Positions 53,101 through 64,000 of a DNA stretch of 64,000 nucleotides are shown piece by piece. Origin of the DNA: Octopus sinensis (Eukaryota); contig NC_043016.1 of NCBI RefSeq assembly GCF_006345805.1, positions 29,822,001-29,886,000 on the forward strand, given 5' to 3'. The translations under genes and the position numbers were made by a program. The notes beneath the pieces are model-generated. The model was not told where the DNA came from and ran no database searches. It saw nothing but the letters and a program-made list of their open reading frames with translations. The first letter of the stretch is position 1. Each line of letters starts with the position of its first letter.

Positions 53101-56100
53101 CCTGTTTCCATACAAAGTAATATTTCCCCATGGCAAGACATGTCCTCAACATTCTGCATGCATACACACACACACACACACAAGAAGGACTGTTTCAATT
53201 CCTGTCAATGAAATCCACTCACAAGTTTTGGTCCAGGGCATTAATGGAAGACACTTGCCCAAAGTGCCACACAGTGGGACTGAACTCAGAAGTAATCATC
53301 TTATCATACAGGTATATCTGTATTTATGTATGTATGTAATTGAGTATATATGTATGCATGCATGTATGTGTGTGTGTGTGTGTGTGTGTATGTCTACATG
53401 TTTTTATTTATACCAAGTTATGTATAAAAACAATTTAACATTAAACTGTGTATTAAACTTTTATAAGGAAAAGGTTGGCAGTCATTTGAAAGTCAGTGTC
53501 AACCTTTTCCTTGTAAAAGTTTGATAAATAAATACACACGCGTGCGTGCGAGAAAGAGAGAATTGAGAAATATATTTTGTAAATTTATCTTCAACATGTA
53601 TAAAAGAGATGATAAACAATGAGAAATAGGTGATAAGAAACCATGCCTGATTATTTATATTTTAAAGTTGTTTTTTTTTTGTTTTTTTTAATACTGATTT
53701 TGTTTCAGGCAACACCAATACATGTTCTTATATACATGTCATTTGTTCTTTTGATAGAAATACACAATTCATGTGTGTGCTTAACATGCACAGCAACTTT
53801 GTCAATACATGTGTGAAAATAAGATAACTCCTATTTAAATAGAGTTGGTCACATTGTAGTTAATCCAATCTCATCCTTTAAATCCATCAGTATTGATGGC
53901 TTAATAAACATAATGTTCTTTAGTACTTTGATAAATCTAAGAGCATTAAACATAAGAACCACTGCATTCTCAACTTCCTTTTCGTCATGCTTATTTATAC
54001 TATCCATAAATTGCTACCTTTGGCCTATTATAATGATGTGACTAAGAGATTAAAAGCAACGCCAATGTTGGCTCAGCCAGGTCCAGCCAGCATTACTGAT
54101 GGTCAATTGTTGCTAGTGCTGATGTCCTCAATGACCAGCACTGTCCATTTGAAACACTGTTATATTTCAAAGTGAAATTGACTATTTTATTTTGCTAAAT
54201 AACAATCAAAACACTCTTTTTTATTTTAATGAGTTATTCTGGAGAAGTGGGGCAGAGGTTATAATCTAGGCCCCACTATAGATATCTAGTTGAGTTTATT
54301 AAGATAGCAATATTTAATGGGACTGGTTACTAATAATGTTATTTTCGAATTGTTGCAGGTTAAGAACTGGAGAGAAAAACTGAGACAGTGAGAGGAGGCG
54401 AGGCAAAGTGTTTAGAGAGGAATTTGGGAAGTAAAATTTAATAGAGGTTACAAAGGAGGAGATGTGGGTGAAATAAATGGGTAGAACAGAAATTGCACCA
54501 GAACAGAGGATTAATAGTTGTTTCAGTAGAGGTAACAGAAACAGTGCAGACATATTTCCAAAGTAGAGAAAATGGTTGGAGGTTTTTGATGAATGAAAGC
54601 TTAAAAATCAGGTAAAAATGGCCTTTCTTTACACATACAATAATATAGTTTAATGTGCATACATATGTATTAGATGTACTGTCTCAGTGTTCTAAGATAG
54701 GATTTACTAGAGGAAAAAGAGTGTTGACGACAAAGGCAATAATAATGATAATAACCATTATGGTTTCTCTTAGACACAAAATGTAAGGAACAAAACTTTA
54801 GCCTACTGAATTGTGATAATGATGATCATCATCATCGCTGCCACCACTTAACACTTAACTTTCATAATGGCATGGACTGGACAGTTTAACAAGGTCTGAA
54901 GAAATGGAAGACTGTGTCATGCACTAGTGTCTCCTACTCCGGCATAATTTCTGGGGATGGATTCCCTTCTTAACACAAAACCCTTTATAGAGTGTACTGA
55001 GTGCCTTTTTTTTTTTTGTGGTATCATTTTATTAGCATTTTTTATTTCATCAAAGACCTTTGATTTAAAATGACAATAATGAAAAATTTCCCAGTGGTGC
55101 ATCAGCATGGCCGCAGCTATTAGCTGAAGCTGCAGGAAAAAAAATTAACATTCCCTAAAAATACTGCCTCAAAAATAGCACCCATGAAGACTGGGTATAA
55201 AACTGTAAGAAATGATTTTATTGATAGCACCCATCTAGACTGCTGTAAAAGTGCAAGAAATCTGAAAATATCTCAGCAGTCCTAATGTTAATAGTATAAC
55301 CAAACTTTTTACGGTTGCCAAACTCTGAGAAAATACATGAAAACTAGTTAACCAAGACAAATATAGTAAATTTAGAATGTCAGGAAGTAGCTGACCATTT
55401 TGCCTCATACCCTCCAGTCTTGGCTAATTCTGAATAAATTTTGTAAATTTAGAATGCCAGAAAATAACTGACCATATTATATCAAGCCCTCCGGGTTGCA
55501 GCCAAGTCTATGTTTAGACATATGATTGGGATGTGGTTATAATCAATGAATGATACTATTAAATAAGACAAATTGTACAGGTATTTGCTAAAACAGCAAT
55601 ATTTTCAACAACTGAGTAGGAAATTAATGTAAGCCAACTATGTTATCATTAGAATATGAGAGAAGATGTTTCTTTTACTTGTGGCAATAATTAAACTTGA
55701 AGAAGACTGAGAAATTGTTGGATGTATAAAGACCTAAAGACAGAAGTGAATGGCTGAGACAGATGAGTGATATCTATATAATGTCAGAATCATTAGAAGT
55801 GGCGGAACAAAGAAAAATCAAAAGTAGAACGGAGAATTGATTTACCCATGGGATGTGGGGTAGGGGATGATAGAGATGTTTAAAAACAATTTTATAAAAA
55901 TCATTTGCTGATGCCAGCCCTAAATTTTTAAAATTCTCTGTATTTTAAAAGTCAACAAGTCCTTAATATGACATCATTATTGATTTAATTATCTTGTTTT
56001 TGCACCAAAAAAGAAAAAGAAAAAAAAAACAACAAATATCCTTAGAATAACATATCTGGTCCTAGCTTGACTAATAGCCAATGGCTATATTACATCAACA

Positions 56101-56564
56101 ATTCACATCCATTTTGCATGCAAACATTTTCAAAGTAAAACAGGAAAATCTGATGTCCTCCTTTCCGTATGCAAATATTTTGCACCTGGTCATCATCGTT
56201 ACAGTAGAAATTAAATATCAGTTGCTGTATTGTTCCTGTAGCATCTTCTATTATAGCCTCAGGTTGACTAAAGCCTTGGGAATATATTTAGTAGACAGAA
56301 ACTGAAGGAAGCTTGCCGTGTGTGTGTGTATAAGAGAGAGAGTCTCCTTGTCTTGACATTGCATGATGATTACCAATGTCATAAAAGCAGTGTAATTCAT
56401 TTCTAATGTTCTACGAGAACATGTCTGGCCATGTGGAAATTTTACCTTGCTTGGAAACAAGTAAGGGTTGGTGAACAGGAAGGGTACCTGGCTCATTAAA
56501 CTCAATACAACCCATGCAAGCATGGAAAAAGTGGAAGTTAAAATGACTAAGGACCTATATAGGC

Positions 56565-56700
56565 AATTATTTACATTACATTTGACGGATATTTGTCCTC
56601 ATCTTGTTTGTTGTTAACACAATATTTCGGCTGACATACCCTCCAGCCTCCATCAGGTGTCTTGGGGAAATTTCAAACCTGGGTTCTCATTCCTGAGGTA
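56565..56700 (-). mobile_element. Hammerhead-bearing Penelope-like tail, second copy of the 63424-63690 family
   Basis: About 120 bp co-linear with 63424-63540. The hammerhead layout at 56616-56661 carries A9->G. Confidence 0.75.
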
Positions 56701-57418
56701 ATATAGAACTGTACTGGGCAATTATTGCCATTTAGTCACATTATCATCATCATCATCATTTAACATCTGTTGTCCATGCTGGCATGGGTTGGATGATTTG
56801 ACCAGGGTTGGTAAGCTGAGGGATTGCACCAGATTCTAGTTTGAGTCTGGTGCAGCTCCTTCATTATTTTCAAAAAGTCTCTTGAGTAAATATATTTGTC
56901 TTTACACCCCTCTTTACTCTTTTTTTTAGGGGAGTGGTTATTTATATATATATAGCCTCAGGTCAGCCGTGATTGAGCAGACCTTATGATTCAAGCTATT
57001 ACAACTGTGATCATCCCAATACTTTGCATATCAAATACAGTGTTATCCAACATGCCCTTCTTTTTCTAATATAGAAAAATGTGACTTGGAGATTTGGCTG
57101 ATATTTTTGGCAGGTGTGTAGCCACATAGAGATTCTCTCATTTGCTTTCACACATATTGGTGGTTTGATGAGCCATGTACACCAAATTGCACAGCATGAT
57201 ACAGTGTTTTCTACTAACATTAAAGACCCTTCTCCTGCCTACTTTCAGATGTTAGCGAACACTCAAGATGAGTGTAACGAGTGAGCATTGCTTCACAGCC
57301 ATCTTCACTAGCTAGCAATATCTTTTTGATAATGGGTTCACAGATTGGAATACATTCTTTTATTCATTCTAGTCTTTGAGTTGTAAGCTATGCTTGGCAC
57401 CACCTTCAAAGATTTTAA

Positions 57419-57638
57419 CCCTTTAGTGTTCAAATTAATATGTCAGAAGTAATCCTTATTCATTTATATTTTAAAAAATTAATCTGGTATTATCTTGTAG
57501 CTTCAAGATTTGAAAGATGTAACTGTTTATTTTTAGAATTACATTGCAGGGTAGGTGTGAGATACTGGTTCTGGCCAGCTTGAGCATAAAATGAATAGAA
57601 TATTTGGGCCAGATATAACTGGTTTAAACACTAAAGGG
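57419..57638. mobile_element. piggyBac-type MITE, 220 bp, nested in a family-B SINE
   Basis: TIR ccctttagtgtt/aacactaaaggg with TTAA on both sides (57415-57418, 57639-57642). Confidence 0.9.
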
Positions 57639-58965
57639 TTAATGAATCATATTGATCCTGGCACTTGTTTCAGTTTGCAACTTATTTTATCTGTCTTTAT
57701 TTGTCAAAAGGCTAAGTTACTTTTTGACATAAAGGAGCACAAATTAGTACACCAGTACATATACACACACACAATGAGCTTCTACAGAGTTTCCAATTTA
57801 CCAAATTCCACTCACACAGCATTGGTCAGCCTGAGGCTACAGTAAAAGTCACTTGCCAAAATGTGATACACAGTAGAATTAAATGTGGAACACCGATGTA
57901 GTTGCGAAGTAAACTCTTAACCACAAACCTATGTCTGAACCTCCATCTCAAAAGATTTTTATTCTTCCTTACAATATTTTACTCTCACAACTATATTGAA
58001 TATAGTTAGTGTAGGGATGTTTGTGTTGTTAAGAACTTCACTACACAATGAGGCAATGCTGAGTCTCATTTCATTGCATGGCACCTTAAGTAAGACTCTT
58101 CTATCATGGTCTCACATCAGTCAAAATCTTCTTTGTGAAAATCTGATACAGAAACTGCTATAGAAGTCTGTTGATTGAACTGATATATAGATATTGACTG
58201 ACTTATATAGATGGTCAAATAGACATGGTATCAGACTGACAGGTCAGATGCATATCCTGTCATATAATTATATTGTTAGCTGTAATACTTAGCTGTCAAA
58301 CTGGCTCAGTACTTCACCTACCAGTAAATAGATACCAAATGCAATCACTGCTGAAAGGGAAACTAAAATCCAGAGGAAGACAATGATAAACCATTTCTAA
58401 TACATCTGGAAAGCCTTGTGGACATGGATACCCACAAGAGATCTCCAGGTGTCAGAATTGATTTGATGGATTCCTCTAGCTGCTGAACATGAACATATCA
58501 CATATATATATGAAAGGACAAGTTTTTTTTTTAAGGTTTTTTTTTGGGGGGGGGGTCTCAAGAGTGCACATGTGGGAATATGTGCTTACTTTAGTAAAAG
58601 TAAGGCAGAGAGAGTCAATGAATGTGTGTGAGTTTGTATGCACACAAGCCACACAACACACACATACATACTTGCTTGCATGCACACGAAACACAGACAT
58701 TTCTACAAGGTTTATAAATAAACGGATGAGGTCCATAGAGCCAATTAAATGAGTTTTAACTTAGATTGCAAATATTAACCGACTTTCTAACAAACAGCAG
58801 TCAATCAATCATTAAGTTTAATCAACCAATTCCACAATCTTCTATCTTTTATTTACTGGGGCAACACCTTGGAGAATTTTTAGTTGAATGAAAAAAGTTT
58901 TAAAATAGAATAGAAACAATCTAAATAGCAACAACAACAACAACAACAACAAAAATGTAAAATAC

Positions 58966-59171
58966 CTGATTCCAAAATTTGAATAGCTTTGGCTTTGGCT
59001 AATTCAAGAGCTGTCACCCATTTCTGACGTTCTACTTCAGAGCTAGCTCTTAGGTGAAAGCTTTGAGTACCTCCATTTGTAATAACAAAGGTGCATGAGT
59101 CTTCAGTATGAATAAAGGCATTGGCCAAGTTTATTGTACCCCGACATGTGTGGGCCATTTCGGCCTGAGTC
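58966..59171 (-). CDS. OSBP: OSBP exon: C-terminal half of the PH domain (R)TQAEMAHTCRGTINLANAFIHTEDSCTFVITNGGTQSFHLRASSEVERQKWVTALELAKAKAIQILES
   Basis: The translation closely matches the human OSBP PH domain as I recall it (SKAEMRHTCRGTINLATANITVEDSCNFIISNGGAQTYHLKASSEVERQRWVTALELAKAKAVKML). Acceptor ttcttgcAG at 59173-59172, donor GTattt at 58965. 206 nt, phase 2 in, phase 1 out. Confidence 0.96.
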
Positions 59172-61392
59172 CTGCAAGAATAAAATAAGAAGACACTATG
59201 AGTTAAGTGGAAAAAATAATGCAACACAAAAATATGAATTAATAATTCAGGACAGTATGTTCTGTGGTTTCCAAGTTTGATGGAATATAATGTGAAAAAA
59301 AACAAAAATCCCTTACTTGTTAAACATGTAAAGAGTAAGAGCATCTAGTCATATAAATACTGTTTCAAATAAATATCTCTCCAACTCATGCCAGCATGCA
59401 AAAACAGATGTGATGTAAAAACCAAAAAAATGAATCTATTTTAAAAATACAGCCATTTTTGCTTTAACCTTTTAGCATTTAAACCAGCCTAATCCGGCCA
59501 AAGTATTCTACCTGCTTTATGCATAAAGTGGCCAGATTTGGCTTATCACACCAACTCGATAATGTCATTCTAAAAATTAACAATTACCTCATCAAAATCT
59601 CAAAGCTACAAGATAATGAATAATTAATTCAAAATAATAGCATTACTTTTGACAGAAAAAAAATTTGAATGCTAAAAGTTTAAAGTACTGAAATTGTCCA
59701 CAACTTGGTGTTGCAAGAAGTTTGCATGTGATTGGTGGAAATATTATTTCAGAGAGTTTGTTTCTTTATAAGAAAAGTTATATTTTCGTCCCCATCAACC
59801 TACACATGGGAAAGAGAGAAATTTGCAGTCGACAGACAGTGGAAATGCCAGCAGGTAGTGAGTTCTAGACAGAGGTACTTCTGGAGGGAAGAGACTGTGT
59901 TGACACCTGAACTGTTCCATTTTAACTATCACATTGCACCAACATAGCTACTAACCTACATCAGTTTTAGCCCCCTATAGTTAGCTCCCTTGAACACATT
60001 CTTTGTAACACTACCTGATGCAACTAAACTAGGAGCTATGCTGCAGAAATGCATATATAAAAGAACTTATCTTATTACACTTCACATTTGTCTAAATTAT
60101 TATGAGTAACTTTTTTTTTCCAGAAATACAGATAATATTAACTGTTGCTGCGAAAAAAATAAAAATAAAAACTTTAGTATTGACTAAGAATTTCTAATTA
60201 AATGGTAGATTAAGCAAAATCCATCAGATCTCAATTCTTAAATTTTCTCATTCAGTAGCAATGTTGATAATATTATATTACATTATATTACTATTTATTC
60301 TTAGCACTTTTCCATCATTCTTCAGAATGCTGCATTCCAAACAATTACCTTTCCCTGAGAACTTTCTTTAACTGTAGTTAGGCCTTGTAAAGTGAAAAAC
60401 AGTGTTTGTCTTGGTTTAGTTATTTATTTATTTATTTTACATGAAAATTATAAAAATGTTTGTAAGTGAAATGTATCAATAGTGGCTAACAGACCATTAC
60501 AGATAGTACTGTAAAAATATCAGGCAATAACTGAAGTATTTGAAAAGAAAGATATCATCCTGAATTGCAATAGCACACTAATCACCCACCCACCCATCTA
60601 CCTACCTACTAACCTATCTACCTACCTACTTACCTACCTACCTCTTGTGTGGTGCTAAGGGAAGTAACTCAAATAGAAACGAAGAGAGACCAAGGAGAAG
60701 CAGGAGAAATTAGCATTCACAAAGATGTAGAGCAAAAAACTAGAGAAAAAAAAAAAGAGCTGACAATGGTAAATGGTAGTGATGGTGATGATGTTTATAT
60801 GTTGCTTGTTGTTGATAGTCATAGGTAGTGGTGGAGGTGGTGGTGATGGCTCAATGGCCACAGATATTTACAATAAAGTGCATTAAATAATTTGGTACTT
60901 GTTTGTAAATTTCGGTCCACAAAAATGAAGAAATAAATTGCTCAATGTTATCTATTTACTACTTACAACCACCACCATCACCTTCATTAACTAACACCCA
61001 GCCAGCATATCACCACAACAAACTATTATAGTTCCTAATCTATGTATGTATAATATGTGCGTGTTTATGCATGTGCATGTGACCTACGCATGCATCTGTG
61101 CACGACTGTACATCTGCATCAATTCATCAGCCTCTCTATTTTGTTCCTTTTTTTTCCCCTCCTATCTTTCACTGTTACTGCTTCAACAAACTCTCCTCAC
61201 AACTTTCTCTTCAAACTCTTCCTCTATCTTACCTGCCCTGCCGTTTGTCATTTCTCTCTACTAATCACAATAAAAGACAATTACAGTTCTCAGTAGTCAC
61301 TAGCAAAACCTGTGGTGATATTACTAAACCACCATATCTTAAATCTGCTCAAATCTGAACAAGTACTTCTCTTCAACAGAAAGTACTTCTTT

Positions 61393-61629
61393 CTGCAAGG
61401 CGGCGAGCTGGCAGAAACGTTAGCATGCCGGGTGAAATGCTTAGCGGTATTTCACCTGACTTTATGTTCTGAGTTCAAATTCCGCCAAGGTCGATTTTGC
61501 CTTTCATCCTTTCGGGGTCGATAAATTGAGTACCAGTTATGCACTGGGGTCGATATAATCGACTTAATCCCGTTGTCTGTCCTTGTTTGTCTCCTCTATG
61601 TTTAGCCTCTGGTAGACAATAAAGAAATA
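61393..61629 (+). mobile_element. SINE family A copy
   Basis: Perfect 15-bp TSD agaaagtacttcttt at 61378-61392 and 61630-61644. Confidence 0.9.
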
Positions 61630-62800
61630 AGAAAGTACTTCTTTACCAGAGTACTTCTCTAACAAAAATTCTTCTATTCTAGGAAACTGAAAAAAATTAA
61701 GGTAACTTTTTCTTTATCTGACATAAAATTTTCAAATTTGAATTCATTTTTAAACAGACAAAAAAAAAAAAGAAAAAAAACCTAATATTTTTTTAAATGT
61801 CATAGAAACAATAAAAAGTCAAAGTAAATTGAGAACTAAATTTTTAAATAAAATTAAATAAACTGGTTTTTATTTATTACCTAACCCCAGAATGTTATAA
61901 GATTTTGTTGAATCAGAAACCATTATTATTATTAATTGTTGGGATTTGAACTCTGTTATTATCATCTGTTGTTGTTGTTGTTATTATTATTATCAAGATG
62001 GCAAGCTGACAGAATTGTTAACATGTCAGACAGAATGCTTAGTGGCATTTTTATTTTATTTTATTTATTTATTTATTTATTTTTTTGATGCCTTAAGTTC
62101 CGAGTTCAAATTACACAAAGGTCAATTTTGCTTTTATCCTTCTAGCTTCAATAAAATAAAGTAGCTGTCAAGTACCCCTCCCACCAAAATTGCTAGCTTT
62201 ATACCAAAGTTTCAAACAATTATCATCACCATCATCAGCAGTAGTATTTTCAATAATTTAACAGAGTATATTAATTGATCTAATAAATTTTCTTACTCAA
62301 TTCCTCTCACTCATCATAATGAATTCTCAATCAAATTTCAAATAATAAATTATGAATATGATTAATTAAATCTGCAAACATATTTCTTTGATTTTTGTCA
62401 TTGTTGAGATAATGTTTGCAAAATATGATTAAAAAAAAAAACAAATCTACAAAAACTAAGTTAAAACAATATAAAATATTAATGACAGGACTATAATTGT
62501 TAGTAGCTCATTAATTACAATGCTTTATGAAGGGTTTGTTTCTTTAGCAAGAGAATTCTAGTTTCCAAACTGAAAAGATCATCAAACCATTTGTATAAAA
62601 CAACATATGAAAGCAGAATATTCCAGAAATCACTGAAGTATGATTATGAGGAACACAATAAAACAAGACATTATTTAGTATGAGTTCTTGAACCCATGAA
62701 TGTAAAAAATAAATAAATAAATATAAGCTCACTGGATCCTATCAAACCATCCATCCATCCCATGCCAGTATAGAAAACTGACATTAAATAATGGTGATGG

Positions 62801-62834
<34 letters not shown>

Positions 62835-63423
62835 AGTGTAAAACTTATTATTAAAAGTGGCTAAACACTTCAAAGCTCATTATAAACAAATTCAAAAAAG
62901 ATGAAATATCAAGAATGAAAATATTGTAACTTTTTAATTTAATTACAGACTAGATATATTTTTTCCCTTCATCAGATTTTAAGATAATTTATATCAAAAG
63001 TACACAAAAATTTCATGATAATCCTGCTTTGAGACTAAAATAAAGAAATAATGTTTTCTTATAAAAGTTTTGTATTTAAAAACAACAAAAAAAAAGATGA
63101 ATAAAATTAAATGAATACTTGACTGATGTTCATTTACTAATTAGTCATTGTCACATTAACCCTTTAGCTTTTAAACCGGTGATACCCGACTCAAATAGTC
63201 TTCCTATTTTATGTTAAAACTGGCGAGATCTGGCCTCTCACACCTACCTTACAATGTCATTCTAAGAATAAACAAACAATCACATCATCGAAATCTCAAA
63301 GCTGTGAGATAATGCATGATTAATTCAAAATAATGTGAATAAATAAGCTTTACATTTGAAAAGACAGTTGCCATGGTAAAATTTATCAATTAAATTATTT
63401 AAAAACAACAACATAAAAACTAA

Positions 63424-63690
63424 ATTTACATTTGATGGATATTTGTCCTTTGTTGTTAACACGTTTCGGCTGATATACCCTCCAGCCTTCATCAGGTTTC
63501 TTGGGGAAATTTTGAACCTGGGTTCTCATTCCTATGGTATTTTTCAATGTTGTTGTTATTATTATTATTATTATTATTATTCAGGTCACTGCCTTGAATC
63601 GAACTCGGAATCTAGGGGTTACTATTGCCCGTGCTCTTAACCAAGATGAAGACAAATATCCGTCAAATGTAAATAATGTAAATAATTCCT
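63424..63690 (-). mobile_element. tRNA-headed SINE-like element with a Penelope-type hammerhead tail and an inverted terminal copy of its 3' end
   Basis: Minus strand: ggttaagagc (A-box end) ... gagttcgattca (B box), (AAT)n, then ctgatga-a-ggctg-loop-cagcc-gaaacg. 63424-63447 and 63651-63674 are 23/24 inverted repeats. Confidence 0.7.
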
Positions 63691-64000
63691 TGAGGAGTGG
63701 GAGGGTTGATCTTGGAATGGTGAGTATCACAGATGTGATATCATTTCAAAGAAAGCTTTGTCAAAATGTTTTACGGCACTTAAGCTACCACAGTGAAACC
63801 ACATCACATGGAAAAAATAAAAAATAAAGAGATGTTATAACAATGATCAATAAAAAGGGATTTCTGTTTGCTGCTGTTGTTGCTCAGTCTCAGTCAATTC
63901 TGAGGAAGCAAGCATTCTAAACATGACCATCTCTTTTATTGTATCAAAAACTATATTATCTAATGTGCTCTCTCCTTTTGTCTAGTCTAAGATGGTAGTT

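Larger units (their letters stand above)
50149..58965 (-). other. OSBP: 8,817-bp phase-1 GT-AG intron of OSBP
   Basis: Defined by the donor at 58965 and the acceptor at 50149; phases are compatible. Confidence 0.9.

Overview
AT-rich, microsatellite- and SINE-dense animal genomic DNA. The repeat content suggests an octopus or other cephalopod (inference). The window appears to lie inside one minus-strand gene, an oxysterol-binding protein (OSBP/ORP4-type). Three coding exons are visible: 59171-58966 (PH-domain C-half), 50148-49907 and 5926-5734 (coiled-coil region). They join in frame across GT-AG introns of 8.8 kb and 44 kb; the first exon and the FFAT/ORD exons lie outside the window. The introns hold several tRNA-derived SINE families, LINE fragments (RTE, CR1/L2-like, R4/Dong-like, Penelope-like), Helitrons, piggyBac/pogo/mariner MITEs, and mini- and microsatellites. 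Points worth a second look: (1) four Penelope-type minimal type I hammerhead ribozyme motifs from three repeat families, one carried by a tRNA-headed SINE-like element whose 5' end is replaced by an inverted copy of its own 3' end; (2) a ~4 kb CpG-rich island deep in the 44-kb intron, possibly an internal promoter for a PH-less OSBP or an antisense transcript; (3) a mosaic ~224-bp tandem array. All calls were made by eye without database searches, and repeat boundaries are approximate unless termini are stated.
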